DNA from: Phoronis australis
Lineage: Eukaryota; Animalia; Phoronida
Length of the DNA stretch: 64,000 nucleotides
Assembly (NCBI GenBank): GCA_002633005.1
Contig: NMRA01000055.1
Location: 800,282-864,281, forward strand
Direction: 5' to 3'
Shown here: positions 13,701-28,100 of the stretch, one piece after another
Position numbering within the stretch: position 1 is the first letter of the stretch
Layout: every line of letters begins with the position of its first letter
Position numbers and translations under genes: made by a program
The notes under the pieces: generated by a model
What the model was told of the DNA's origin: nothing
The model's input: only the letters and a program-made list of their open reading frames with translations
Databases searched by the model: none

Positions 13701-15761
13701 ACCAATGGAGGTGGTAATTGACTTATGAGCTCTGACAATTAAGAGATCGCGAAAACATTTCACAATAGAACGGTTCTTGTTATCTGATCTTCAAAGCCAT
13801 TTTTTCTGGAGTTGAAACTGTATGCAGGATATTTGTAAGTTACCTCCCAGTTGCTTCCCCCTTATTCATAGGATAAATTGCCTCCTAAATATCTCTTGTG
13901 TATGACTGTTTGTAGTGGTGATACCTATGACGCGGTTGGACCAGAGATAGATGCTGAAGATGATGAACGTAAGTCTATTTCAGAATAGAGGCTCATACCA
14001 GTTTCTGACATCGGTACTGTACTGAATACAGCAAATGAATGCAAAACATTGGTAAAACATTGAAATGAGCATTACGCTGTGCTTCAATTGATACCATGAA
14101 ATTTTAATTTTATGTAATACTTGCAATTTTCACATTTGTTCAATTTTGTCAAGCATGTCCTGAAACAGACCTGCACGGTTGATCTCAATTACTGACTCCT
14201 GGCCAGGCTCTGTTTCATGAAAAGTGAGTTAAGATTCAAGTCAGAAATCTGGTCTGACCCTCCCACTTAACAATTAGTGAATAAACAACCAATGATTGTT
14301 AGCACATCAGAACCTAGAAATAAATTATGCAAATCATCTTGGTAACTAGAACATATGGGTATATTCTCTGTTACTCTGTACAGTTGCTAAAAGTGAGTTT
14401 TCAAACATTTTCCGAAATAGTTTTGTGGAGCATAAAACCAAATTTCTGACTTAAGTCTCCAGTCATAGATCCCTTATCCATTTGTGCAACAGCCTGGAAA
14501 TTAATTCCAGGATATGTGCCACACGACAGGCATATTAAGTAGGACAATTAACTAAAACTTCCAATGAAACTTAGTTTAGTTGTTTTTAGTATTCAGTAAC
14601 TGTATCGAAGTATCCAATACCTAAGTACACGTTCTGGGTTCGAGTGCCACTGGGCCACACGGCTAGATCCTTGAGTCAGGTTTCTAGCTCCTCAGCTCGG
14701 TTTTAACTATATATTAATAAAGAACAAAAATGGTTCCAGGTGATCAGTGTAATGGGCCCACATGCGCAGCCTGTGCACGTCTGGTACAAAGTGTACCAGA
14801 ACGCCTGTAATTACTTTTTCTATATTTCAAAATTAACACAAATTACCTTGTTCACACTGTAAATATCCCTTTTAAACGAGATAAGGGTCAAGGGTTGAGA
14901 TAAGGGTCAAGGGTTGATATAAGGGTCAAGGGTCGATTGGAAATTTTTTTTTACATTTCTCCAATGCCATGTGGTCAGCCCAACCTGAGGGTGGGGGTTG
15001 CATCAGCATTCCATTTAAATAGTCCACTTGTCATCAAAAGAGTGACTACTCACTAAGTTAGGTAGTGAGGATAATTACAGCTTCTTATCAGACCATATCT
15101 GGGAAGCCTTGAAAGTTATTCACTGGAAAGTAGCTCCCAGCATGGCTTATCAGCTAATAGGGCCATTCCGAATTATACAACGACACTCAAACCTTGCTGT
15201 ATTTACCCACAATGCCATAAACATCCATCAGGCATATTTGCTTCCTCATTGTCGTGCCACTATCTGAAATTCTTTGCCTTTCCGGCATCAGTGAGAGACA
15301 CGAAAATGTGCCTGATTTCCAAAACTAGGTCTCGCGCTTTCTTATCTACAGAACAAAGGAGAGTTTTATCACCATGTAATCTGGGACAGCCCTATTACAC
15401 AGCATCACTAGCTCACAATAGTAACTGGGCCTGGTAGAATGTGGTAATCCCCTCTTAGTTTGTGGTGAAGGAATCTGGTTTAAAGGGTATGTTCACCACA
15501 TGACAAAGAAACCCGAGCTGACCTTGCAGTGTTTGCACACACTGACATACTTTGCACTGATGACATAAGAGAACACTCCTGACATAATGAAGACATTGAT
15601 CATGTGTTTGAAGGTGTACTTAAGATGTTTAGTTAATGAGAGTCACTTGGTGCACATACATGGCTGCCATTGTTTAATGAACGTCTCTGAGACTGCATTG
15701 CTGCATTGTAAATCTTATATTTATGTGCTTTCCAGAAATTTATGAAGGCTTTGATGAGTAG
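1749..15761 (+). CDS. FYB1: FYN-binding protein (FYB/ADAP)-like adaptor; 5' coding exon(s) not resolved
   Basis: Frame-compatible GT-AG exons: 1749-2511, 3320-3350, 3931-4052, 8043-8071, 8384-8436, 9929-10097, 11152-11235, 11411-11570, 12464-12492, 12883-12914, 13916-13968, 15736-15761. The product has a Pro-rich N-terminus, acidic Tyr motifs (EVYDDN, ETYDDV, DIYEEF, EIYDDT, DTYDAV), a K/E coiled coil, and a helically extended SH3 (KFKLNGNEEPI...IIRKTDTPAGKWLVKNKDGKYGYV). This is the ADAP/FYB architecture; the symbol denotes the family, and orthology is not tested. Confidence 0.8.
4328..5966. mobile_element. Non-autonomous DNA transposon with TTAA target-site duplication (Kolobok-like), in a FYB intron
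   Basis: TTAA|AAGGGGACTGTA (4324-4339) ... TACAGTTCCCTT|TTAA (5955-5970): 12-bp terminal inverted repeats with one mismatch, TTAA on both sides and purine-purine termini. The interior is CpG-richer than the host intron and has no convincing transposase ORF. Confidence 0.65.
8780..8904 (-). mobile_element. tRNA-derived SINE head
   Basis: The minus strand shows A-box TAGCTCAGCGG, D-stem GCTC/GAGC and B-box GGTTCGAATCC with a T-stem. Acceptor and anticodon stems do not pair, so this is not a tRNA gene. Confidence 0.6.
14878..14934 (+). repeat. Tandem repeat, 3 x 19 bp (GAGATAAGGGTCAAGGGTT)
   Basis: Directly visible; the third unit has two substitutions. Confidence 0.9.
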
Positions 15762-17017
15762 TGACACTACTTGTCTAAGTGCCAACTGTGGGATCAATAT
15801 TTTAGCACAAGGCACAACTGCATCACCAGCACCATCTGGAGGATATTTTCTAAAACTGATCGCCATGGACAAGCAGCAACATCAAAGCCAAGGGTCTAAC
15901 CTCTAACCTCAGACTCTGCTCAAAAATTAACCAGTCACACTGCATTATTTGAGTACAAGTTGCAAGTTTACTCAAAAAGTTCCTTGTAATTGGTCAATTT
16001 TCATAACCACAAATGTTCATGAGAGCAAAAATGTGAAATGTGGGGTTAACTTAAATATCTCTCTCATGCGTATGACCTGCCCGTTGAACAAAATTGCTCT
16101 TGACTCAGACTAATCACCCATGGATTCATTGCAACTTAAAATAATTCTCTGGTAAAGTCGTGTATTTGTAAAATATACGAACACGACAGTTGAAAACAGT
16201 TTCAAAATTGTTTACTGGCAACGCTCGTAGGCGAGCTAGATCTTACCAATATTGTGGTTTGTGGTTTGTGTGGTAGGTCTATCATGGGGGCTCGTTGCCA
16301 ATGTTTAGCCGAGTAACGAGTTTACAGATTAGACCCTGGTGCCCTGGTCACAGACATTCATTGATAAGGTGAAATATGTTATCATATTTGAAGTAACCTA
16401 TTATTGCAATCTATTTAATCTCAGCACGAGACTGTCTGTAGAAGACGTAGAGGCTGTCTCGCTAAACAGATATAGCTTAGCAATCTTACTAACGTGCACT
16501 GAAGTTCAATTTTGAGTTAAGCTGTAAAAACTAGTCTATTGTTTTAAACTAACTTATTGTTAACTTTAAATAAAATTGTTCTTAATCTTAGAAAAACTGT
16601 GCAAGTTATATAGGTAGATTTAGAACCAGTCATAGGACCTTTAGTGAAACAGATGCCTGAACGAGCTGTTGCAATGTGTTAACTTTTGTAATCCAAATAC
16701 CTTTTGTTGGACATGGGATACATGACGGCGACATCCCGTTGCTACCAACTTGTTCGATTCTATAGTCCAACAACAAGTTGGGAAGTTTACCCCGCAGCCA
16801 ATATCTTACACAACTGATTAACTTCATTCTGGCATTTATGGTTGGAGGGCCTGCGCTCTTTTGTTCAATAATTACTCTAATCTCCCATCAGGTTGTATCT
16901 AGCCTGACTGTGCTGGGCTGATAAAAATGAAAGTTAAGTTATAAAATATTTGAGCTTAAACCAATAGCATTTCTGAATTCCTTGTCAAATGCTGATCATG
17001 TTCTGTTTTTGAATCAG

Positions 17018-17046
17018 CAAAATTGCCCAACTACGACGGACGTTAA
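17018..17046 (+). CDS. Candidate alternative terminal coding exon of the FYB-like gene (PKLPNYDGR*)
   Basis: Acceptor gttctgtttttgaatcag at 17017. It is phase-1 compatible with exon 13916-13968 and ends at TAA 17044-17046. Confidence 0.35.
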
Positions 17047-19143
17047 GACAATCTATTCTGTCCAAACGGATTACCAACGCACTGGGTTTGACTGTGTTCA
17101 TACGCGTTTGGTAATGGCGTGAAACCACCATACGTTTCCTTTGAAGCCTGGGAGATAATTGGCCTGCTTGTTATCATACGGGACAAAAGACTGAGCTGGG
17201 TACTTAACAAAAGAGCCAGATGTTATCGCACGTTCAGCACCCCTCACGTCTGGTAAAGTTACTGAACGACAGAATGCTGTAATGATATAGTTGGACTTCA
17301 TTGGACACTCTACAGTCAGATAATAAATTAAATTTATTTTTCTTCACTTATTAACCATTTGTACATTAATTATTGCTTTTCTAACGATTATTTAGAGATC
17401 TTCAGTTGGTTGTTCCTTGTTAGTTCATGTTATACCGTAATATTGACTTGTAAATGTATTCAGCCAAACTATAGATTATAATTTGGTAAAGGAATATATT
17501 TTCTGAAATTAGGAATTTCATTTTTGAATTTACACCAATCTGTCACATGACCATGTCTTTTTAGTAAAATTAACAAAAAAGAAATTAAGCTACATCTGTG
17601 ACAAAAAAACGACGTAACGTAACTAAATTCCACTCAATCTAAATGTTCAAGATGAAATGTCATAAAAGCTGCTATATTATCATTTCATTTTCATTTTATG
17701 AAACTTTTGAGTTTGTTTCATAAAAGCCCTATTTTTGATAGTACCTCATGCAAAAGTGGAATATTTTAAAAACATTTTCTAACAGTGTTATAGAGAACAG
17801 CCCGCAAAGCATGGTATCTGAAAGTTTCACGTTGATCCCATCAGCCGTTACTGGGATATGATGTTCTGAAGTTTGCCAAATTTAACCTTTTTTCGAGGGT
17901 CATATGTAATCTTAAGCTGCTCCAGTGGCCAGTCGAATGTAAACCTTTCACATGTTCTGAAGTATGAGCAATGGTCCAACTCAATTAAGATGGAAAAGAC
18001 TGAGCGAATTCGAAATGATGATCTACACGACGTATTCAAATAGCAAACCGATACAAAAAGCAACTACAAATCCAAAACTATGGTTTATGCCTGGACCGAT
18101 TATCGGAGATGTACTTTTTTAATATGGTGGATTCGGCTCCGAATTTTGGATAACGGGTAGTCATTGGTTATGTCTCAGGCTGGATTCACTTGCCATTTTG
18201 ATTTTGGCTATTTTGACTTGACCCAATGACTGTGGCTTCAACTCACGTACTGACTGCTTGCTCAATTCATATTTTAAATTGTTTGACAATGATTAGTTTG
18301 CAAATTTTTTTAGCTATGTCTTGCTGTTAAAGATCTCGGTGCTGCTATGTTTGAGAATGTTGCTTGTGAATGTGGTATTGTACTTAATCCATTTTTGGCC
18401 CAAAATGTGGGTGACTAGTGAAATTTTATTTCATCAAACTTATCAATAAAAATATGTGATTCACAGAATGTATATGGTTGTACAAAATAGTGGAGGTGTC
18501 AAAAATAAGTACACTTGAGCTAACATGTTCACTTTGCTAACTTTTTTGATATATTCCCAGTATTATAACAAGACAACAGCTATGACCATGAATTCCACTA
18601 ATGCATTCAATTTGTCGCAAGTAATTCTGGGTAGCAGTCACAAGAACCAGTTTTCTCCATTGAATAACAGGGGACAAACTGCTTCTCAGAATCCGGAACC
18701 TCTGATAGTGACTATTGCCGGATTCTGGATCACTCTGACAGATTACTTTGGTGTACCAAGCATTGAGGACGCTATGCCTTAAATATTTTTTTAAAGGAGA
18801 CTACAACAATTGCATGTGGACGTTGTGCTTGATGTGACAACAAGAAAAGCCAATTGCTGTTACTCGAATGATATACTTTGTATTTTATAAACTTTTTAAG
18901 ATGTGAATGTAATTTACATCATTTCTGATACAATATACAATTGTTTAAATGATTATTATACAACTGTTAAACATTGTTACTAACAGTAATTTTCTTGTTG
19001 CGCTCTTGTATGATATTGTATCAAAATGCTAATGAAATATATGCTTTGTATATAATATAATGTCAACTTTCTCATGGAATCTCTATCATTACTACGTGAA
19101 CTTTGAACTTGATCACAAAAGGACAGCAATCCATATAAAAATG

Positions 19144-22100
19144 CTACTTCCAAAATCCCATCTCTCTCAGCCACTTCAGGCCCTCAACTGTACCTCCTGC
19201 AATCAAAGAAACGACTAAAATTTAAAGCCTACCACGCACTTCAACATCTGTCAGTACATGTACATATCTTCATTTAAGTTCTACTGAGCTCTATTTTGGT
19301 AAAAAAAAAAAAAACTATTAAATTGGTACATCCCATTTTATACAATGGCAAGTGAAATGGTGCAAGTTAACACTTTGACTTCTCTTTTTACTGTGATCGG
19401 AATGGAGTTAGATACTTCACTTTTATTTCACCGTAGATCGAAATCAGCCATTTTGACCTAGCAAAAATGTAGCACTCAATAAAGCTGGAAATGCATGACT
19501 GCACTTTGAATTATTTCATTTACAACCTTTTCATGGAGTAAACCCAAACTGTAGACTTATAATCAGTGCTTGGATACTGAAAAAGGTGCGACGACTTTAG
19601 CTTAATATTCATATAAAGAGACAAGTCTACTCAATTTGCAGTCTGTGTCAACTGCACCTAAAACTTAAGGAACTAGTTCCTGAACTATAATAAATCACCA
19701 TGAAAACACAAGATAAAAATTAATTTTCACATAAATGGACTTCNTAAAAATTAATTTTCACATAAATGGACTTCCACTTGATTCAATACATTAATACGCA
19801 TATTCATGATACAAAAATCAGTACACATGCAAAAACAGCATCTCAGTCATGGTACAGTGCATTTTCCATGTCTCCTTCAATTCATACTCGGGGGGGGGGG
19901 AAGGAAGCAAAGTTAATTGTTATTTAAAACAAAATGAAGTGGCCTGTGGAGTCCAACAGCAGGTAAACTTCATGAACATTGCTTTCTTGTACAATCAGAA
20001 GGCAATGAAAAACCTTTACAATTAATCTTACCAAACAGCAATTTGTGATAATCAATTCGTCTCAAAAGCTAAATAGTGCAGCAGTTTTTGAGTATTCCAA
20101 ACACAGAATGACTGTATATTTTTTAATCTTCACTGGAGTGCAAAAGGTACTTTGCCAAAAAACAATAAAATAAAATTATTTTTCCATGACATTTAATACC
20201 AAATAGAAAATCCACGATATTGCAATTTAATGTTAAAACTTGGCTTTGTGTTGGATCCATTTGACAAGTGAGGCCCCAAAATAATGGTAAATTCAACTTA
20301 ACACATTACTTCTCGCACTGTTTTTACTACTGTGTTTGTCACAATAGAGAGTACACCGTTACCTGCTGGGCCGTATTCTAGTCCTATGTGACCTTTGTAA
20401 CCCATTTCTTCTAGAAGGTTGAAAATATAGGAATAATTTATCTCCCCTGGATAGTTGGGCTCATGCCTATTGGGAACTTGAGCAATCTGTATGTGGCCTG
20501 CAAATTAAAAGAAAATTAAATTAAATGATCAGCAGTTTGATAAATAGGCTTATAACTCTACATTGAATTATAGGAAATAAGACAGTTAAAATTCAAGTTA
20601 AACTCGCATTTTTCCGCGTTAAGCTGGCTAAAAATATGAGAATAAAATTGGACATTTACTCTAATTCATAATATTCATTTTATATTACCAGAAAGAACAT
20701 TCACTTTATTGGGATTGGCCAACCCTAAAATTGTGAATTCAAAAATGGCGCACGTACGCATTGCCTGTGGCTTGAGTAGGTATCAGAAAAAGAATCCTAT
20801 CGTAGCAAGGAATAATTATGAGACCAATTTGATGAGAGTAAAATGGCCTATTCTAAAAAGCCAGCAAAACAGGGCAAAATGTCTCTTTAAACCGGATACA
20901 TTAATCGTGAAAAAGTTGTGTTTGGCAGCTATTTTTAACGATTTTATGAACTGCCAAGTCTTCAGACTCCGGGAATAGAAAGCATAGTGTCTGAAATATT
21001 ATGAATGTCAAAATCGACCATGTCCCATTCTATAGAGTCAAGAAAATTCAATATCAGCCTAAATTTCTACATCACAAGGTTTAAAGACGGTCCCAAATTG
21101 GAGAACTTTTACCACAATATGGACTGCACGTTTTCCATTTTGACCTGGTATAATATTCCAGATGAGAAAGCACAGCTAAACCCCCTACCCTAAAAATCCT
21201 TCTCCCATGACTTGAGAGCGCAGAGTAAAATTGTGGTAAAGTCTCGCCAATTTAAGACACAATATGGCGGTCTCGTGAAATTTATTTTCTCATTTTTTTC
21301 AAAAATCATTAGTTGTACGAGACTGATGTTTTTTCATGTCCCAGTTCTCATAGCTACCAACAGAAAATATATTGAAAAATTGAGGGCATTCACAACAATG
21401 AAAAATGAAAAAAGTGGAATTTTGGAAATTGTTTTTGTCCGAAATTGGTGAGATTTTACTGTAGTGTTATGGCTCTAGGGCAAATCTTGGCTGTAATGCT
21501 CCAACATGAGAGTGAATGAATCAAATGTAGTGAAATAGTCGGATATAACATGCTTGTATTTTGAGAACCAGTTTTCTCCACTGAATAATGAGCATCAAGC
21601 TGGTTCTCAAAATGCAGGCACGTTATATCCGGCTGAAATACTAACCCACATAGGGCCAAAATTTCTTGATGGTATTTGTCAGATCTCCTTGCATGAACTG
21701 TATGTGGAAAATATCCTGAAAAAGATTTGAAGGCTTCATTAAACCTCTTCATGCCGACGAGACTTTTTGCCATGATTGAAGAATAGACTACCACGTAAAA
21801 CTATGCTCTGAACAATTTTTACTATAATAATTGTACTTTTAAGTGACATTTTTATTTATACAGCTATTGAGCTGAAATCCACAAGCAGCATTCGAGGATA
21901 CAGTATGCAATTATAAAACAAATTGGACAAAATGACCTGAAATTCCCCCAACACAAGTGGAACTCCCCCTCATGGTGACCGTGTGGATGACAGTGACCTT
22001 CGCCCAAATGACAATTTAACACAAACAAAACCGTCAGAATATGGTGAAATCCCACCAAGGTAGGACCCAATATGGCTGACAGGGGAAATTTTAAAACGGG

Positions 22101-25100
22101 CATGAGAAGCCAGTAATTCTGTCCAGCGAACACGAACACAAATACTTACCAATTGTAATTTCAGGTTTGGATGGTTAATCTTGTCAATATACGATGCACC
22201 TAAAAAGAGATTTATCAAAATTTCACTCTTCCAGCCACAGGAACGGTCCATTTTTGTCTTAGATTCAAATTGCTAATGGTCTTGGTACTACAAATGCCAT
22301 AGTGTTTGGTAATGATCAAATACACAGGAAAATGAAATGGCAGAGTCAACAGTTCAAAGACAAAGCACTGTAGATTGCAGTCCAAAATTTATGGCAAAAC
22401 TTTTCAATTTGAGACAAAAATAATTGCTAAAATTGCCATATTTCTATTTTTCAGAGGTTTACCACATTGTTGCAAATGCTCAAAATTTTACCAAATGTTC
22501 CTTGGTAATAGTTATGTCATCAAAACCATGCGAAAACCAAAAAACCAAAATTATTTTTGTTGAGAAATTTGATAACATGAAATTTCACCTGTCCACCATA
22601 TTGTGCCTCAAACTGAAGAAAGAATTTTTCCAGTATGAATCTCTAGCCAATGGTGTCCCTTAGAAAGTGTGGCATAAAATCAGTCCACTTATTGGTAAGA
22701 GCTTGAGCATGCATCACTTGAACATTTGAGTATCAGTTATACAAGATATTATTACAGTAAGTACTCTAACTTAATTTCATGTCTCTTTGTCTAATTTCAT
22801 CATCCTTCATCATTTATTTATTTATCATCTAAATTCTCACCCTGTTTTAATTGTTGCTTTGCTATATTGTACTGTACGATATCCTGTTGCTTTATTGTAT
22901 TATATTGTACTGTACTATATCCTGTTGTTGAAAACCCTCTTGGAAAGCAGTGCTGACACTGAAGAGGCCACCCTCATTTCAAATATTACAATAAAAACTA
23001 AAAAATAAATTCTAAGGTTTTCACTCAAAGCCATTTCAGGCTGGGCTAATTAATAATCCACAGGGGGTAATAAAACAATGATCTTCTCAACCAGGACCAT
23101 TAACCCTTTGTTAAGCTGTGCTTAGTTACATAGTCCAACTGGGACACTTGTATCACCAAGACCAGCGTTCACAAAGAATTGCTTTCAATGACCATGCATG
23201 TCAATTTCAAAAAGGCTATTGTGTGTGAATAACACACATGATTTACAACTATCTACAAAATTATAAGCCACTGCTAGACTAGTTACTCCAAGCCCAAAAT
23301 GGCCACAGTCAGACGGTGTTCAGCCATTTCAACATCACACTTTTGAACTAAATCACTTAGTAAGATTCATAACAATTAGATTATGTACTCAAATCCGACA
23401 TGACTGCAGGTGCTCGGAAACACTTCACCAATCATTGTTCCTGAAGACTGAACTAACACCAGCCATGGTGGAACTGACAAGTTTATAATTAAGAATCATC
23501 ATTAATTAAACATTAAATGTCTCAAAGTTATGTTGGAGAAGTTCGTGTATTTAACCGAACACCTACAAATTTTACTTGATATGAACATTCAAGTTGAAAT
23601 CTCACAAATGCTGTGAGTTTTCTAAATTATAATTTCATTTCACAGAACTTATGTTTTAAATAGTCTTAAAAGTCTCATTTTTTATAACCTCTCATACAAA
23701 GTCACCACATTTTCATTCACCTTGAGGTCAAGACCTGGGGTCAAGATGTCAAATTTCCAAATGGAGAACGTGCATCGTGTGTTGGAACAAAACCCGCATA
23801 GCGACGAGCATTTGACAGACTTAAAAATAAAAATACTCTGAACTGCATCAAGACTCCACATTTTCATAAAGAAGTCTTGCAAATAATGTCTTGAAATACT
23901 GGCATCCAATTCATTGTCACAGAAACACTCTGAAAGTCACAGATTTAAGCTGTTAACACAGTCCAACCCGAATTAAATACCTTGAGCTTGCGTTGTCAGA
24001 AAGTAATTGGGACACACAAATGTGTTTATAGGTTCGATCAGTGTCAAAATATTTTCCTGAAAAAAAGGACAAAACAACACGATCAGGCAGATGCAAAATA
24101 TCACCAAAACAATGAACAATGTGCTTATGGGAGTGAGAAAGAACACTGCAAAGACATTTACATACAATTAATTATGTACATAAACATGCTCAAGGCCATG
24201 TTTCTTGATGAGTCTCTAGGTGTTTGACTTTGGCTAAAAGCCAGAAATCACACTATGAATAGTCAAAACTTGACTTTATGTTTTTTGAGTTTCTTGGAAC
24301 ATTCTGCTTTCCGTCTACTCTGGCAGATTACGGATTTCTGTCTTGTGACTCCGAGTTGTTGACAGATTTTCTGACTTAACATGATCTAAGTGAAACATGT
24401 TAATTTCATATGTCATCCACAGTCTGATTTTTAGTAGAAAGTATGTTAACTGTTTTATCTTACGAATAATACAAGAAGTAATACAATTACTGCCAGCAAA
24501 TCTAAAACATTATATGCAGGCAGATTAACAAATATAATAATAATAAACATACAGAAGATCATTACTGACAGATATCAACATTAAAAACAACAATTTTTAT
24601 GATATAACAACGTAATACACATGATAATGAATGATCTAATAACAAATACACAGACCAACAATAACACAAAAACAGAATGAGACTGTTGAGTAATTAAATT
24701 CAAATTTATTATTAATGAAAATGGATGCTATACCTATTAGAAAATTATTCAGATCTAACTTAAGTTGTTTCGAAACATAAAGTAAAAATGAAACGCGTTG
24801 ATTAATAGGTAATAAAGGTGACATCAATATTTGAATCAAGGACCTGAAAGAGATGGACACGATCTACTTGGTTGACATGACAAAAATTACTATTGAATGA
24901 GCCACATTTATGCACATTTGATACGACTAGAAAATGATGTTGAAATTTTCGAGAATTGCCAAAGGTGCTTATAGCTCTACAAGCAATAATAGATTTTTTC
25001 ACCTTTCAATAAGTTTTTGAGCTTAAAGGAAAATACTATGAAATTACTTAGATGAAAGCAGACCATTCTTTTACGATAATTTTACCAAAATTGTCACAGT

Positions 25101-28100
25101 TCTTTTCTAGATGGGCTGTTCTGGTTCTTTTATTTTTTGATTAATAAGTCTTGTGAAGCCCCAGGCGTGAGTGAGTGCATGTTAGTGTTAAAGTTAACAA
25201 TTTAACTTGTATTATACCATGTACTTGTAACCACCAGATGTATGAAATGAATGTTAAAAAGAGAACATTTAACTTCGACCACTACGGCTGGGCTTGGAAA
25301 GAACTTACAGTTCATTGTTGCTTGAGAATAAGTTCATCAAGTTGACAACTGTCATGGTGCAGCACCGTTATATTGGCCAAGCAATAACCAGTGCTTCTAA
25401 TCCTAGTCCTAAATTCATATCACTTGTAATTAACGAGGTCTAAATGAAAAGTTAGTTTCTTTTACAGATGGTGTGTGTATAAAAACTTTAAATCCCTATG
25501 CTTAGTCATTGGACTGCAGCTTCAAATTGGAGCTTATGTGTGAATCAATAGCTCACTAAAGCAGCAGGTGAGTGTCAAAAAGAGTATTTTTGGTCAATGT
25601 TTTGTTGTGTGAATTAGCTACAAACTCACCTTTTCAAGCCTTTCAGCCGCATATTTAATGTTCTTCAGGTAAACCTCCTCATCGGTGTTTTGATGATTAA
25701 AGCCAGCCATGATGTGCATTCTGTAACATATGACAAGGCGATTATGAAATTGTATTCAACATCAAACGATTATAAAGACAAAAAGAAATCAAAAATTTAA
25801 TTTTATCACAACACTGATTACCAGTCCTGCAATGTGGTTAATGTTGAGAGGAAGTATTACTAGTCCCTTTCACGCCACCTGTTGGTGAAGTCAGTCATGT
25901 GACCTGCTATCATTTCAAGTCTGAAAAAAACTTGTGTCCAGACTGGGGCTCGAGTTTGAGTTTCTGAAATTCTTGCAGACATGCTTACAGGTCATATGAT
26001 GTGACCAACAGATGACGTGCAAGAGACCAGTTTATAATACTTTAATCATTCACACACTACACTCACACAAAGTCAGGTGCTGAGTGTTGGTTACATCCCA
26101 ACCATGACCCAACTATTTTCACCAGATATCACCAACATAAGACATGCCAAAGAGTATCAATTAAGAACACTTCTATGCTGGCATATTACAATAAATTATC
26201 GCACGTGGTCAATCTTCACCTTTTTAACACACAAAAATGGTTGAATTTTGGAATAATTTTCGCACATTTATTGATACTGAATAACTAAAGGAGGCTCTTA
26301 GTTGACTGTCATAAACAATACAAAATTTTGTATATTATACGATGCACAAAGCCTTGATTCCAGGTGAATTATGGCATTTTTAGCAATAATTTACTATTCA
26401 AGCACCACAATTACAATTTGCAAACACTGAGCTGCAGCTTATACGTTAGGAAAAAATAGGAGGCAATGTCGGGCAAAAATAATAACCAACAGAACCATTT
26501 TTTCTCTTTCAGTTGCTTCAAACAATGTTGAGACAGGTTACATTTTTAGTGGCAGCTATTGTACAGAACTTGAGCAAGGAAAAGCGTTCATCTGGTGCGA
26601 TATATCTAACATGGAAAAATGAGAAAATAAAATTTCAACTTTTACGCCACATTGTGTCCTAAATCGGTGAGAATTTATCATACTTTCAGAACAGGACTGA
26701 CATCTGCTTTAGACTATAATCACCATAGATACAGTATAGACACCAGTCCCACTCACTCAGCCTAAAAGTATTAAAACACTAAAAAATGTTGACAATTGGC
26801 CTTACTTGTTACATTTCAAAATTTTGGCATATTCAATGGACATTTCTAAAGTTTCTTTAAATTCTTGCTCTTTGCCTTTCACAGCAGCTATTCCAAGATC
26901 TCCATTTTTTACATTCCCTAAAAATAAAAAAAAATTGCAAACAGCAATAAAAACACATGACATAATAAAGATATACACAAAACATACCGAGAGTGGCGCA
27001 CATGAAGCAATATCCCATGAGACATTATTCCGCATATCGATCCCATACGCATCGAATTCTTAAGATTCTTTCATTTTTTCGGTACATTTTTAAATACTTC
27101 ACTCAGACTGTTCATGTGGCGGATCACATCCTATATGAATGTACTTGCGCGTTAGGTTGCAAGTTTTCTTTAGTAAAAGAAAAATTTTTAAATGTAACCA
27201 TTTGTTACTTGAAAAGAGATAACAAAGATGAAAGCAACGGTAACTGTGCACTGAACTTGTGACATCTCCTGAAAATAGTTAATAACAACAATATTTGATA
27301 TTGTAGTTACCAAGAATTCGGAGCCTGATTTGCAGACGACATATTAAGCAATTGAAAACTGAGACAGAACTGTCATATAATTTACAGTCCTGTTCTGGAT
27401 GTTACGAATGAGACCTGATTGCATGTTGAGTGTTACTCACACTCTTGCAATTGCATTACTTTAAACTATTTTCTGAAAGTTTGATGATCGAACCAGCTAT
27501 CGACGTAGAGTCAACATTGACCTATCTTTTGAACTTTCCATGTCAGAGTTCGCGGTTGAAGCAGTGCGGGAGGTGAATACGGAAAAAAGTATTACATGGC
27601 CGTATATCCCTCGACTGATTCAACGCGTATGGGATAAAACAAGTTATTTGCTTTCCAACATTCATGTGCACTGAGATATTTAAAATTCATTCACTGGGGC
27701 GCGGCTACAACATGCCATGAGATGGCAATACCAACTTAGCAATCTTTTAAGTCCTCTTAAGAGTTCCAAAAGTGTAGTCACTTACAGGGATCCTAGATTT
27801 TGAGAACTACTTTCTTCACTGCATACTAGTGTGGTATGATCAACTTCAAAGACAGATAACTCTAGATTAGGGGTACAAATTATCGATGAGGATGCATTCT
27901 AGCAGATAATAGCACTTGGACAGGCAACACACAACATATGTTTAAGGTAATTCACTTACAGGGGTCCCAGGTATCAAACTGATTCTCAAAAGTAATTATT
28001 GCCCATCCATCTACTAGGTCCCATTATCCACCTCACTTGTTTATTTGCCAAATAAATCTACTCATCTTTCAACTTTAGTGTGCCATTGTTTGAGAATGCC

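Noticed and set aside
19714-19774. Exact 30-bp direct duplication separated by a single N
   Set aside because: Typical contig-overlap scaffolding artefact.
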